From: Utricularia gibba
Lineage: Eukaryota; Plantae; Magnoliophyta
Assembly: GCA_002189035.1 (NCBI GenBank)
Contig: NEEC01000010.1
Coordinates: forward strand, 1,798,001-1,862,000
DNA length: 64,000 bases
Direction: 5' to 3'
Shown: positions 49,998-62,531 of the stretch, in pieces
How positions within the stretch are numbered: the stretch's first letter is position 1
Layout of the letters: the number at the start of each line of letters is the position of its first letter
Program-made: the position numbers and the translations under genes
The notes under the pieces: model-generated
What the model was told of the DNA's origin: nothing
Databases searched by the model: none
What the model saw: the letters and a program-made list of their open reading frames with translations, nothing else

Positions 49998-51660
49998 TTA
50001 ACCTTTAACTAATGGATCTGTTTCTCCATCTCCTATCTCAATATCATGACTTGGTCGGAGTGGGCCGGGGCTGGCGGTGGTGCCGGTGAGTTGTTTCGCG
50101 CGCTCCACCTGCGCGACCCAGTCGGTTTTACACAGGGAAAACATCATCAGCGCGGCGCAGGCGCCTTGCGCGGCTAAGAGCCCCAACCACAAACCGGGAA
50201 ATCCCAGCTTCATCACAAACCCCATCAGCAACGCCACCGGCATTCCGACCAAATAGAACGACCCCAGGTTAATGTTGGCGCCGATTGTGGGCCGCGCGCT
50301 TCCCCGGAGAACGCCGCAGCCGGTGGTTTGCGGGCAGTTTCCAATTTCACAGAGGCCCACGATCGGTAACGCGGCGGAGGTGAGTCTCAAAATCTGGGGA
50401 TCTACGGTGAAGAATCTCCCCCATCGATGTCTCATCAGGGTTGTGAACGCTGTCGCGCCGACACCCAGCGCCGCCGCCCACACCATCGCAACGATCATCG
50501 AAATGCGCGCCTTCTCCGGCCGCCGCGCGCCCAGTTCGTTACTGACTCTCGTCGAAACTCCCAAACTGAGAGACGAGGGGAAAACGTAGACCAAGGAGGT
50601 AGTCTGAATCAGAATACCCATGGAAGCAATCGTTGCCTTGGGATTGGCTAACAGTCCGCAGAGCATTATCATGAGCTCGTACCACCACCACTCCAGACAA
50701 ACGGAAATGCAAGTGGGTACGGCTAGAGACAGCAGCGTCGCCCATCCACGGAGGCAATCTGTGCTGGGCGCCACCCAGGATGCCCTGTACACGCCGGAGA
50801 AGTATATGTACGAGCACAGGAGCAGCACAAGATTGAGATTTGTAAGCGCCATTGCCATGGCTACACCTCCGATTCCCATTTTCAGATGCTTGACCAGCAG
50901 GAAATTCAAGGGGACGTGCAGGAGAACTGAGATCGAAGACAAATAAGCCAACGGCAGGGTGTTTCCTTGAGTTCTGAGGTAGATTCTCAGGGGATGGAGA
51001 AAGGAGAGGACGAACAGGTCCGGGATAACGAAGAGCACAAAAGTGTGCGCCATTGATGAGATTTCTTCATCTTGTTTACCCCATAACAGGATCCTTTTCA
51101 TGTTCAGCCACATGAAGGAGATGGGAACCGATGTTGTGAGAAGAAGCAGGATTGTTCGTTGCAGCGTAAGCCCAAGGAGCTTCATTTGTTTGGCTCCATA
51201 AGCTTGGCCGCAGATGGGTTCCATGCCCATGGCGAGGCCAGAGATGACTGAATACCCGGTGATATTAGCAACTCCGATGGCGAGGGAACCGCCGGCGAGC
51301 TCGAGCTCGCCGAGATAACCAAGAAAAAGCATAGAAATCATAGCTCTGGAATACAGTATCAGCCCTGTGATGGCAGTAGGTCCTGACACCTTCCCGATCT
51401 CCTTGGTCTCTTCAATGGCCTGAACCATCACAACAAAAACCACACAGATTACTCAAACATGAATTACAAGCTGTGGGTGCTTCCAAAGATTTGATCTTTT
51501 TTTTTTCCTTTACCTCTGCAAGGGTTGGCCATCTATGCAGACCATCATGATCATCAGCTTCATGAACAACCACTGGTTTTTCAGAGTCTGGGAATAGGGT
51601 TTTTTTAGTGGTATTGGGAGGAAGAAAGGAGGATGGAGAAGTAGGCTTCTGATTGCACAT
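49998..51660 (-). CDS. MATE efflux transporter, DTX48-52 clade; exons 51660-51514 and 51419-49998
   Basis: GSLAIGVANITGYSVISGLAMGMEPICGQAYGA, HPLRIYLR.Q, VCLEWWWYE, GNCPQTTGCGVLRGSARP and INLGSFYLVGMPVA. Confidence 0.95.
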
Positions 51661-54209
51661 AGTTTTGAATGTTTTGTTTCTATAGACCTTTGGTTTGTTC
51701 TCAGAAGAAGAAGCAGAATCCTGAGAAACAAACACCAAGTTTTGGGAGATGAGAGCTAATGGTAGAAAGGCAAATATTGATGTGGGGTGAAGGGGGTTTT
51801 ATATACAAATAAGGATAGGGTACTAAGTCAATACGTGGCATATTTGGAGCATAGTGAAGTACAATCTGAGTTTACTTGTCTGAAAGTTATTTTAAGAAGG
51901 AAAAAGAAAAAGAAAAACTAAATGGAGATGATTAGAATGGAGATTAGTTGCTAATCATCATGTAATACAGAGATAATTAATGGACTCGACAAGTGTTTTT
52001 TCACCGGCCTAGGCAAAAAAATGGGAAGTCAAACCAGTATGGCTTTGGGTGGGTTGGTGGGGGTTCACATTCAAATCACACACACAAATACCATGTGGGT
52101 GTTGGGAAACCATCCTCAACATTCAAATCCCGACAGTCACAAACCGTAAAAAAAAAACATAGTATCGGGACAAGGATAGAACATCAAGCCTTTTTTAGTC
52201 AATATAAAGTAAAAAGCTGACAAGGTAAAACAACTAAAATAAAACGAAATACATGATCCTTGAAGTAGAAGACTTCTTACCATCTACGTAGCATGTATGC
52301 GCACTCTTGAAGTTATGGGAGAGAAGACTGCTGGCCTGTTCATGAATTCTCTCGAGGTTCCCTCCTACGACACAGAGAACTGAGCTGGTAAAGAAGAGTT
52401 AGAAGAATCCGCCCACGGATCCGTGAGTTTGTACAACTTGAAACCTGCATTTGAACAGCGTCTATGGACGAGGAACACAGGTCTGCGTCCAATATGAAAT
52501 CTTCGCAGAGCTTCATTACAACGGCAAGAAAGACACTAACCAACAAGCCTTTGCACAGTAAGCTACGGTAAAGAGCAGGAGTAATGAATTGGGGGGGGGG
52601 GGGGTATGAAAGAAGGTTGCGACTGAATAATTAAATTGCAAGATACCAAACATCCCACATTGCCAACCCTTTCATCACAACGAGCAGTGGTTGGAATCGG
52701 TCCATGGGAAGGGAATCCAATTAGAAGGTGGCCCCCTGAATTCGCCCCACATGAACAGCAATGTGATGGGGAAGCCTGGCCTACGATAAGAAAAGAAACA
52801 ACATAGTAGTAAAACGAAACGGATGATGAAATCATGCATAGCCAATGTAGAAATAAAAAAATAAAGGGACCACTGAGGTTAATGGAGGGATCGACAGAAG
52901 ATAGATGGGTGTGGGAAAAACCGGCAGACTGGGAGAAAGGAAGCAAGCTGGGAAGAATGGTAACTCAATACACGTACTAGTTCTGCCAATATGCAAAAAA
53001 AAAAAAAAAAAAAACTAGAATTTTAAAATATGCAGGTATCTTTTTTCCACACACCATAGCACGCCAGTGGGGGCCTTATCCCACACCCTGTGCCACTGCT
53101 CTGCACCCGTATTTTTTATGCAAGTGCAGCAGTCCAGACTCAGACCACCATCTCCAATACCAGCCTCCGATCTTGCGCGATCATTTATTTTTATTCTTTC
53201 CTAACAACCATTGATCTGGAAGAGCAAAAGTACAAAATCAATTTGATTCCGATTCTTTTAAACATATCATAAAAGAAGATAAAAATTTACTTACCTCCAT
53301 GGAGATCATATGTTGTCAGAAATCTACAAGATGCTCCTGAAGGGAACCAACCTTTTTTTTTTCTTTTCCTGCAGAGAAATGGAGAATCAAATGGGGAATT
53401 AAATGCTAACAGTCCCCATGGGTCATTAAGTTCACTTTCAGCACATCTTAATAGAATAGATTCACGTAGCAGATTCCCTGTATACGTTGAGCAAACTCTG
53501 TCGTTTGAAATAGTGACAGAAGGAGCTCTTAAAAAGTAATAATTACTCAGGTGATGATAAACATTTGGAAATGTATTGATTCCCTCGAATTGCGTGTCCA
53601 TACATAGCTTTTTTAATCAGATGCAGACTATTCTGCATCGGTGGGGCATTGGCACAAACCATGACGACAATATGATAAAATTGGAATTGTAACTTTGCTT
53701 GTTCAAACAAAAGGAACTAGTCTTTCTGAAGTGCATGAAAATGAGATGGAAACAAAATAAATATATTCGCTAAGATTTTCGTATGCCGGAAACCAAAACA
53801 AAATAATAGACTAAAGCAGTTATGGAAGCCATTGCAAGCTCAACATATTTATGTTGTATATCCCACTCCGTTTTTATCAATTCGTTTCATGGAATTCCTT
53901 AGGACAAAACTACGAAAAAAAAAACAACGCAAGAATCAAAACAGAAAATGAACAAACAAACATCTAAACTAACACGAACGTTCTCCACATACTTGATAAT
54001 GCCAACTCAAGGGAGAAGAATATCCCTGGGGTTGGGCAAATGATAAACTGCACCAAAAGTTCTAAAAGCTTCACGTAAATCACCATATTTGCAGGCACAT
54101 CAGCCAATTTCCAAAGCTTTAAATAAAAACAATCTACACTAAAGGACACACAATCCAAAAGAAAAAAAGAGTACTGAAACCAAAAACAGATGGCATGACT
54201 GCTATCTGA

Positions 54210-54550
54210 CAATCACCAGTTGCACGAACTGAGCCAGTTTTCCAACAATCAAATACCAAGATTCCTTTTTCTTCGAAAGAAAAATATGAAAATAAAGAGA
54301 GAACAACCATATTTCCATTCCTATTACCAAAATTCAAAAAGCATGATGCAGAGTCAAGCCAACAGGTGCTAACTTCCATAAGAAAACCACCGGCTGCACG
54401 AACTGAGCTAGTTTTCTAATGATAAACAAGATCCCATCCTAAGCAGAGAAATATGAAAATAGGCATAGAAAATTCCTTTGCCATCACTAACAAAACAAAT
54501 CCGATAAAACATGCTCCAGAAATATGATACACAGTCAAGCAGGCCATAAG
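54210..54550. repeat. Degenerate tandem duplication, unit about 170 bp
   Basis: tgcacgaactgagc(c/t)agtttt occurs at about 54221 and about 54395. aaatatgaaaata and atgat.ca.agtcaagc recur at similar spacing. Confidence 0.5.
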
Positions 54551-54850
54551 CTGGGATGGCGGACTGGCGAATGCTCAATTTCAGACCAATCAACCTCTTC
54601 ACCCACTGAGATAAAGCATTCGACTCAATAATGCCACCTCTGACAACATCAATTCCCAAACCTAACTACTCCAAATCCGAAAAATTGGTTATGAAACAAC
54701 AAAACGCCGAAGACATGAAAGATGAGGCAGAAAAATGCATGAGATCAATCGGCCACAAGCGCATTGAGGACGCCGATTGCATTGAATTCTCAAACCCACC
54801 GGAGAGTGCGGCGGCGCGGCTCCAGCGAAAGCTGGTAGGAGAAGGTTTCT

Positions 54851-54975
54851 TGGGCCTATCGGGCCTTTTTTCCATCTACTAATGGGCTTCCTCTAAATTA
54901 AGGATATATCACACCCGGCAACCTTCCGGTATAAAAAAAACTCGTCTGAGTCCGTACCAAATACGGCCTGGCCCA
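54851..54975 (-). promoter_or_regulatory. Site II (TGGGCY) element cluster, housekeeping-type promoter
   Basis: TGGGCC at 54851, TGGGCT at 54883 and GGCCCA at 54970, next to a GC-rich 5'-exon-like segment on the minus strand. Confidence 0.4.
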
Positions 54976-55280
54976 ACTTTCAACAAAGTAACGGCTACTT
55001 AATAACGTTTTCCACGTTCAAAATAAGTAATAATATATATCATACATTATTAATAAATTTCACAATAAGTGATATTTAAAATTATAAAAAAAGTTCTCTC
55101 AACTCTCACTTTTATTTAATTTTTTTTATAATTTATAATTTATTATAAGTTTTTCTAACAAATATATAATAATTAATCATTATTCAAATATATATATCAC
55201 CATATCTTTTATTTTTACAGAAAATAATCCTAGTGACATACATTAAAATGCAGTATTAAACAAAACATTCAATTACTAAT

Positions 55281-55833
55281 TGTTGTGGTTGAAAATCGAT
55301 GTTGGGATAGGAACCGATTTTCAAGTTATGAGCAATGTCGGATGTGTTGTATTCGGTTAAGGTTTTAGCATTTTTGGATGGTGTGACGCAATCATCAGAA
55401 ATGATAGTATGGATAAGATTTTTACATGGAAATCGTCAAAAAACAGAAAAACTATGGAACTGTCGGAGCTCGTCGAAGAATGGACTTTACTAGGAGGAGA
55501 TAGAGAAAAAATACAAGTGAGAGAGCTTGAAGTACAATTCTTTCCTCTATAGTGTTTCTCACATTTATAGGTGAGATGAGTTTGATCGAATTCTAAATTA
55601 TGTAGATGTCGACTATTTTATGCACCTGTTGCATGTACTGTGGTCTTACTTTTCAGATAATCGTCGTCTGCTCTGTCGTTGATGTAATTCGACTACTTTT
55701 TAGATTGTCCAAAACGGCCGCTACTGACAGATCTTGACAGTTATTGGTCTAATCGGCTTGTGTTATTCCGTCAGTACATCTTTTGGCTACTTTTTCAGAG
55801 ATCGATTAACCCAATTTTATATAGATCCCATCA
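55281..55833 (-). mobile_element. Probable solo LTR (553 bp)
   Basis: Begins TGTTGTGG and ends CCCATCA (imperfect TG...CA termini). Flanks are CTAAT and TTAAT (4/5 target-site match). A TATA-like CCTATAAAT lies on the minus strand near 55565. Its composition differs from the AT-rich flanks. Confidence 0.5.
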
Positions 55834-56820
55834 TTAATGTTAATATATCTATTAAATTAAATATTTGTTTGATTCTGTCTTTCAAAAAATATATATAATT
55901 TTTTAAAAATAGAATTTAAAATATTAAATTTGTTCAAAATAATAAACGATTTTTTTAAATAAATATTAAAAATAATATTGTTGAAAAATAAAATGTAGTG
56001 GTGGCCGGTGGGTGGATAAGAATGTTCCATTGCGGCCAAGAATAAAAAAAGCGAGGCATGCCCACGTGTTCCCCACTTCGGGAAAATACACGGAAGCATC
56101 TAACGGCGTTCCAATAATTCCTCCATCATAACATTCCTTTTAATGTCAAACCACAACGTGGATGCGGTTAATTTCTTACCTTAGAAAACCCTAGTATTAT
56201 ATTTTATTGTTTTTGAAACTACATATGATTGATAATGTTATAAATCGATTTACTTTTTAAAAATTTTGAAAACTATTTAAAATCATGTTGCAAAATTTTA
56301 ATAATTTAAGATATTTTTTTGTAATTTTAAAACTTAAATTGTTAAATTCTTTACATTGATCGAACATTAAATCATTTTTATTATAATTTTTTGATTTAAA
56401 AAATATGAATATGTTTTATAAAAATATTATTTAACGGATTATTTATCAAATGATTATTAAAAATATAAAAATAATTGAAGTAAATTTTTTTAAAATAATA
56501 AAATCAATACTATATTTTATTATTATCTAATTATTTAAAAATACCAATAAAATGATAAATATAGTTTGAAATTAAAAAATGAATAAATATTTAAATAAAA
56601 CACTTCCCAAGACCAACTACCAAACCGTGGTTTCATGTTATTTTGTCGTCGTCTAATAAAAAAAAATATTTTTAAAAAAAGTTTTATTTCAAAACGTTAT
56701 GCTTGGCCGGTGGTGGGATTGGGAGACCGTGGATGACGTGTAAATTTGTAATTAAGGGTAGGTGGTGGACCCCATCCCAAGACTATTCTCACGTCTAAAG
56801 AACGCAGGCTGACAGAGACA

Positions 56821-56849
56821 TTGACCTGACTTAAGGTCAAAAAAGTCAA
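56821..56849 (+). promoter_or_regulatory. W-box cluster upstream of the RLK7-like gene
   Basis: TTGACC at 56821, TGACT at 56827, GGTCAA at 56835 and AGTCAA at 56844, about 230-250 bp before the ATG at 57074. Confidence 0.55.
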
Positions 56850-57073
56850 AGTTTAGGGGATTATTACTTATTAACCCCTTCTCGGATTCATTTTAGTGTA
56901 TCGTTGCTTTAAGAATATACAGTTTTTTTGTGATAATGTAATTTTATGGTAGATTATTTTTAATTTTGGTTGTTTCGGAGACAGACAGACGGGCAATCAT
57001 CAGCAAAGCTCCTCGATAAAAACGTGCGCGAACTACCGTACTTATCTTCACTTAGCACCCATTGCGGGAGAGC

Positions 57074-60052
57074 ATGGCCACCGCTCACTTCCTCTGTCTA
57101 CTTCCGATCCTCTGCCTCATCTCCGCCGCCGCTGTAGACGTTGAATCTCAGACACTTTTGTCGGTCAAAGCCGCCTTTCAAAGCTCCAACACCAGGGTGT
57201 TCGACTCATGGGTCGCCCAGAATTCTGTTTGCAATTTCTCTGGGATCACTTGCGGCGGCGATGGATTCGTCGCTGAAATTGAGCTCTCGAGGCAGAATCT
57301 TGTTGGTTCTCTCCCTGTGAACCATCTCTGTAGTCTTCAATCACTGGAAAAGCTTTCAGTTGGGTACAATTATCTCTCAGGCTCTGTTTCCAGCGACTTG
57401 AATCGCTGTGTCAAGCTCAAGTATTTGGACTTGGGGAACAATGTTTTCTCTGGTTCTTTCCCTGATGTCTCTTCCTTGAATCAGCTCCTCACTCTGCATG
57501 TGAACATGAGTGGATTATCTGGGATTTTTCCGTGGGACTCTCTCCGGAATATGACTAATCTTCAATTTCTCAGCGTTGGAGATAACCCGTTCGGTAAAAC
57601 GCCGTTCCCGGCTGTGATACTCAACCTCACACAGCTCAACGTGCTTTACATGTCAAACTGCAGCATTGAAGGGAATATCCCAGAGGAAATAGGGAATCTT
57701 AATGAGCTTTTTCAGTTAGAACTGGCGATGAACTATCTCTCCGGCGAGATCCCCGCCGGGATCACTAGGCTGAAAAAGTTGCGGATGCTTGAGCTTTATT
57801 ACAACGAGTTAACAGGGGAGTTACCTGCCGGTTTTCGGAATTTGACAAATCTGGAGATGTTTGATGCTTCAGCAAACAACCTCAGCGGAAATCTTTCAGA
57901 AGTCGGATTCTTAAACAAGCTGAAAAGTCTCGAGCTTTACAGAAATAACTTCACGGGCGAAGTCCCTGAGGCGCTTGGAGGTTTTATGAACCTCGTTAAC
58001 TTGTCGCTTTACAGCAATAAGCTGACAGGGCCGCTGCCGCAGAAACTGGGCTCATGGGCAAACTTTCAAGTGATCGATATATCGGATAATTCCTTCACAG
58101 GGCCTATTCCGCCAGATATGTGCAAGAAGGGAACCATGATAATGCTCTTGATACGGACCAACAATTTCACCGGCGAGATCCCGGCGACTTACGCTGCTTG
58201 TACGACGTTGATTCGGTTTCGGGTGAGGGCTAATTTGCTCTCCGGCCGAGTTCCTGACGGAATCTGGGGACTACCAAATGCAATAATCATTGATCTAGCG
58301 GAGAATAATTTTGAAGGGGCGGTCACTTCTCATATTGCCGCAGCAAAGTCGTTGGCCCAGCTTTTTATATGGAGCAACAGATTTTCTGGTCAATTGCCCA
58401 AGGAGATATCAGCAGCTTCCGCTCTGATATCTATGAATTTGAGATTCAACGAGTTTTCCGGCGAGATTCCGGAAACGATCGGGGAGCTTAAGCAGCTTAC
58501 GAGTCTTGAACTTCAGGGGAACCGTTTTTCTGGTTCTATACCCATCTCTTTAGGCACATGTAACTCCATAAACGGAATCAATTTGGCTGACAATAATCTC
58601 TCCGGCCATATACCTGCCTCTTTAGGCTCATTGCCGGCTCTGAATTTCTTGAACCTCTCAAGGAATCAACTTTCCGGTCGAATTCCGGCGTCTCTCGCGT
58701 CACTCCGGTTGAATGTCCTCGATCTTTCAGACAACATGCTCACGGGTCCAATACCAGAATCCCTTTTAACAGAAGCCAACAATGGCAGCTTCGCTGGAAA
58801 CATTGCTCTTTGCAGCAACAACATGAAGGGAATTCGGCGATGCTCGCCGGATTCCAGCAAGTACCTTCAATTCCGATTAGTCACGTTGTTGACGTCTTTG
58901 ATTTTCGTCACCTTGCTGCTTGTCATAGCTGCGGTTAGTTATCTCAACCACAAGGCTAAACATGAGAGATCTCTCAGAGATGTTACATGGAAAGTCAAGT
59001 CTTTCCACATGCTCACCTTCACAGAGGATGACATTCTGGATTCCATCAAGCCCGAGAATCTGATCGGAAAAGGCGGCTACGGGGATGTTTACTCCGTAGT
59101 ACTTCCCGGCGGCGAACAACTCGCGGTAAAACATATTTGGCATTCCGGTCAAAGGACAAAGATATCCAGCTCAACCACAATCTTGGCTAAAACGCCAATG
59201 AAACTGCGTAGCCTCGAAGCCGAGGTTCAAATTTTGAGCTCCATACGCCATAAAAACGTAGTGAAACTCTTCTGCAGCATAACCAGCGAAGAGTCAAGCT
59301 TCCTGGTATACGAATTCATGCAGAATGGAAGCCTATTCGACAAACTCCATTCCCCAAAGAAGGATACTTTGAACTGGGAAACAAGGTATGCGATCGCAAT
59401 TGGCGCCGCCAGGGGATTAGAATATCTCCACCACGGCTGCGAAAAGCCGCTTATCCACCGCGATGTGAAGTCCAGCAACATCCTCCTAGACGAGAATCTG
59501 CAACCACGAATCGCCGATTTCGGCCTGGCCAAGATAGTACAAGCAAATTCAGCCAATGATTCCACTCAAATCATCCCTGGGACTCACGGCTACATCGCCC
59601 CAGGTAAAGAAAAAAAACTTTTGCTTTCATGGTAACAGAGTCGATTAATTACAGTGATTCACATACCTGTTCCTGTAAACGGCCTCCATGCTTCTGTTTG
59701 TGGCAGTAACATGTCGGTTTCTCATTGTGCAGAATACGGTTTTAGTAACAAGGTGAATGAGAAGAGCGATATCTATAGCTTCGGAGTGGTGTTACTGGAA
59801 CTAGTGACGGGGAAAAGGGCAATCGAGGTGGAGTTTGGGGAGAACAGGGATTTGGTGGATTGGGTGTCTGCAAAGTTGAAAACAAAAGAGTGTGTGAAGG
59901 GGCTCTTTGATTTTGAGATAGATGAGGTTCACAGAGGAAGTGCACTGAAGGTGATGAAGGTGGCGATTCATTGTACGGCTAGGATCCCATCCTATCGCCC
60001 CACTATGAAACATGTTGTGCAAATGATCGAGGAAGCAAAGCCTGCTCTGTGA
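57074..60052 (+). CDS. RLK7: LRR receptor-like kinase, subfamily XI (RLK7/IKU2-like); exons 57074-59603 and 59733-60052
   Basis: Signal peptide, plant LRRs (L..N.LSG.IP), transmembrane segment, NLIGKGGYGDVY, HRDVKSSNILLD, DFG and GTHGYIAP/EY, with the single kinase-domain intron typical of this clade. Confidence 0.92.
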
Positions 60053-61352
60053 TCCAATTCTCGGAGAAGGAGAAAACTGTAAGAATCTTGGAGTCAGAAC
60101 TTACCCCTCCTTAGGATCTTGCCAAAGATTTCAAAATCCAAAGCCGCAAGGGTTCACGCCGCCGCATCATCCGAGAACAATCCGATCAGCCAACTGAAAT
60201 CACCTGAAAACGCAACCGTCTTATCGAAGTACCAGAGATCCTTCATGGCATCAGCAGCCTAACACGCTGCCTTCTTCCCCACCGGCCATCGGAATTGCGC
60301 AACCCAGGCACTGAACCCCTAAAGCAGAAACTGTGAATTTGTTGTTAAAAGCTTTGTTCAAATAATGGGCCTCAGTTGAATTTGGGCCTTACAACGGAGC
60401 TCACCAGTTATGTCAATTTGTTCATCAATTTGAAAATATGCCTAAGTCAATTTTAATATTACATAAATTGAATCAATTTATATATATTAAAAAATTTAAT
60501 ATATTAAAATTTTTATATAATTTTATTATTGAAAAAATTAAATATTAAAATTGTTAAAATTTAAATAGAAACAATTCAAAAATTACTTAACAAAAAAAAG
60601 CTCATACTTATGAAAATAAGTTGAAAACTATATTGGTTAGATAAATTTAATTTCCATTTGTAAAAAAAAATAAGTTTTTATTTTATGTTTTATTTCAAAT
60701 TAAAAAAATATTTAAGCTTGAAAAAAACAAAAAACAACTGAGATCATACAAGGAAGTTGGCGACTGATGATAATGATGGGAATCATTAGAAAGCAAATTC
60801 CTTCACGTAATCCCCAGAAACTGCCTTCAATTCAACGGCTTTGATTTGAGTGTAATGTTGTGTTTTGTTCTTGGGATTGGGTAATCGGCGGAATGCGGTG
60901 GGAGGCCGAACCTTTAATCCCTTTGAACTCCAAAGCTTTCTCATTTTTGAGTTCAGACCCTGGTCTCTTTGTAACTCTCTGCTCCTATTGCTCAGTCACC
61001 ACTTTCCTTGCGATAACTTTTCCCGTATGGATTTGGGTATACTGCAAACGGAAGAACGGAATCGGTAAACGATTGATTCCCGGAACTGGGACAACGACCA
61101 TGGGAGAATTGTTGAATGACGGCCTCGTGGCTGAGAAGGGTAGATTTTTATCGTGGAATGTTTGTTTCACTGTATATTCTGAAGTAGTAAATTTTGCTCT
61201 CCGTTTGTGTTGGTTGTGGAAGTCATAAATTTTTTTTTTTTTTGTTGTTTGGTGTATGGTAAAAAAATTGCTTTAACTTCGTTGTGTGTTGTTTTCATCA
61301 AAGTTGGGTTGGAATCTTGCGGAGAACAAGGGGTAGATGATGTCCTTTTCTG

Positions 61353-61380
61353 TTTTTTTTTTTTTTTTTTTTTTTTTTTT
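61353..61380. repeat. Poly-T run of 28 nt upstream of the RBR ligase coding sequence
   Basis: Read directly from the sequence. Confidence 0.9.
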
Positions 61381-61471
61381 GAAAACTTGGAAGTATGCTT
61401 TGGAATGCCCAGTTATGTTGAGAATTGAGTTTGGAACAAAGTGGCGATTGTTTGGCATAACTTGGACGTTG

Positions 61472-62233
61472 ATGGTTGATACTGCAGAACTGCAGCTCCA
61501 TGAAGAAAAACGCCTTGCTTCCATGCTTGCTTCAGGAGTGAAAGACAGCCCCTCTTCCTCCTTACAAGATGATCTTCCCAACAGCCATGATCATGGAACT
61601 ATATGCTCAACCAAATGCTTCTGTGGTGTTTGTTTGGAAGACAGAGAGAGCTGGGAGATGTTCAGCAATGACAAATGCTCTCATTCCTTCTGTTACGAGT
61701 GCACCACGACTCATATAACTTGTATGATCCATGATGGAGTGATGGAGATTCCTTGCCTTGCTCTGAACTGCAAAGCCACACTGAATTCCAACGTCTGCAG
61801 ACTTCTTATCCCTGATGATCTCCTTGTTAAGTGGGATGAGCAAGTCTGTATGTCACTGATAATCGAGTCCCAGAAAGTGTACTGCCCTTATCTTGACTGC
61901 GGAGCCATGCTTGTCAATGAATCACAGGAGGTCATCAAGGAGATCAAATGCATCATGTGCAAGCGATCATTCTGTGCGAAATGCAATGTCCCCTGGCACT
62001 CAAACTTCACCTGCAAGGAATACGAAGATCACCACATCAAGAAATCCCGCAAAGGGGACAAGATATTGAAGATCCTTGCCAAGAAGAACAAGTGGCAAAA
62101 GTGCCCCAAATGCAAGATGTACGTGGAGAAGAGCACAGGGTGTGTGCATATAGTTTGCAGGTGTAAATACGAGTTCTGCTACAGATGTGGATCAAAGTGG
62201 TCACGTTGCAGTGGTACCTGCTGCCCCAAGTGA
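61472..62233 (+). CDS. RBR-type (RING1-IBR-RING2) E3 ubiquitin ligase, intronless; start probably ATG 61472
   Basis: RING1 CGVC...CSHSFCYEC...CLALNC, IBR YCPYLDC...CIMCKRSFCAKCNVPWH and RING2 CPKCKMYVEKSTGCVHIVCRCKYEFCYRCG. The upstream ORF extension is a poly-T artefact. Confidence 0.93.
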   Translation: MVDTAELQLHEEKRLASMLASGVKDSPSSSLQDDLPNSHDHGTICSTKCFCGVCLEDRESWEMFSNDKCSHSFCYECTTTHITCMIHDGVMEIPCLALNCKATLNSNVCRLLIPDDLLVKWDEQVCMSLIIESQKVYCPYLDCGAMLVNESQEVIKEIKCIMCKRSFCAKCNVPWHSNFTCKEYEDHHIKKSRKGDKILKILAKKNKWQKCPKCKMYVEKSTGCVHIVCRCKYEFCYRCGSKWSRCSGTCCPK

Positions 62234-62531
62234 CACAAACAAACAAGAACAAGCACCAAGTAATTCCACCATCTCTCATTGTACATATGTCTGTGTATAT
62301 TCCTAGCTCTTGAATCCATCTGCTTCATTCAATTCATTCAATTTACACTGGAACTGAGGAGAGCAGGAAAGTCAAATGAGCTGGGTGTGGCCCTACGACG
62401 TGGCTCATGGCCCCAAGGGGGAAACAAGATTTTGAAAACAAACAACAGGATACAGAGGAGTAGGTAGATGTCAGGGTGGCAGGGCTTTCTTTGATTGATC
62501 AGCATTTAATGGTGTTTCTGAGAGACCATCG

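Noticed and set aside
96-51660. Apparent iron/heme theme (NRAMP, HEMA, DTX48-clade MATE) and ubiquitin theme (CUE, CSA, ARM, UFC1, RBR) as a functional cluster
   Set aside because: The genes are spread over 50-60 kb among unrelated genes, share no regulatory signature, and are adequately explained by ancestral gene order.
52890-52905. GACAGAAGATAGA resembling miR157
   Set aside because: Partial match only, with no precursor hairpin.
7689-60052. Secreted peptide precursor as a ligand of the RLK7-like receptor in the same window
   Set aside because: The precursor lacks the SGPS/GH PIP motif, and being 50 kb away is not evidence of pairing.
61337-61471. N-terminal Phe-rich extension of the RBR ORF
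   Set aside because: It is produced by the poly-T run and a GTG/TTG-type start; ATG 61472 is the more plausible start.
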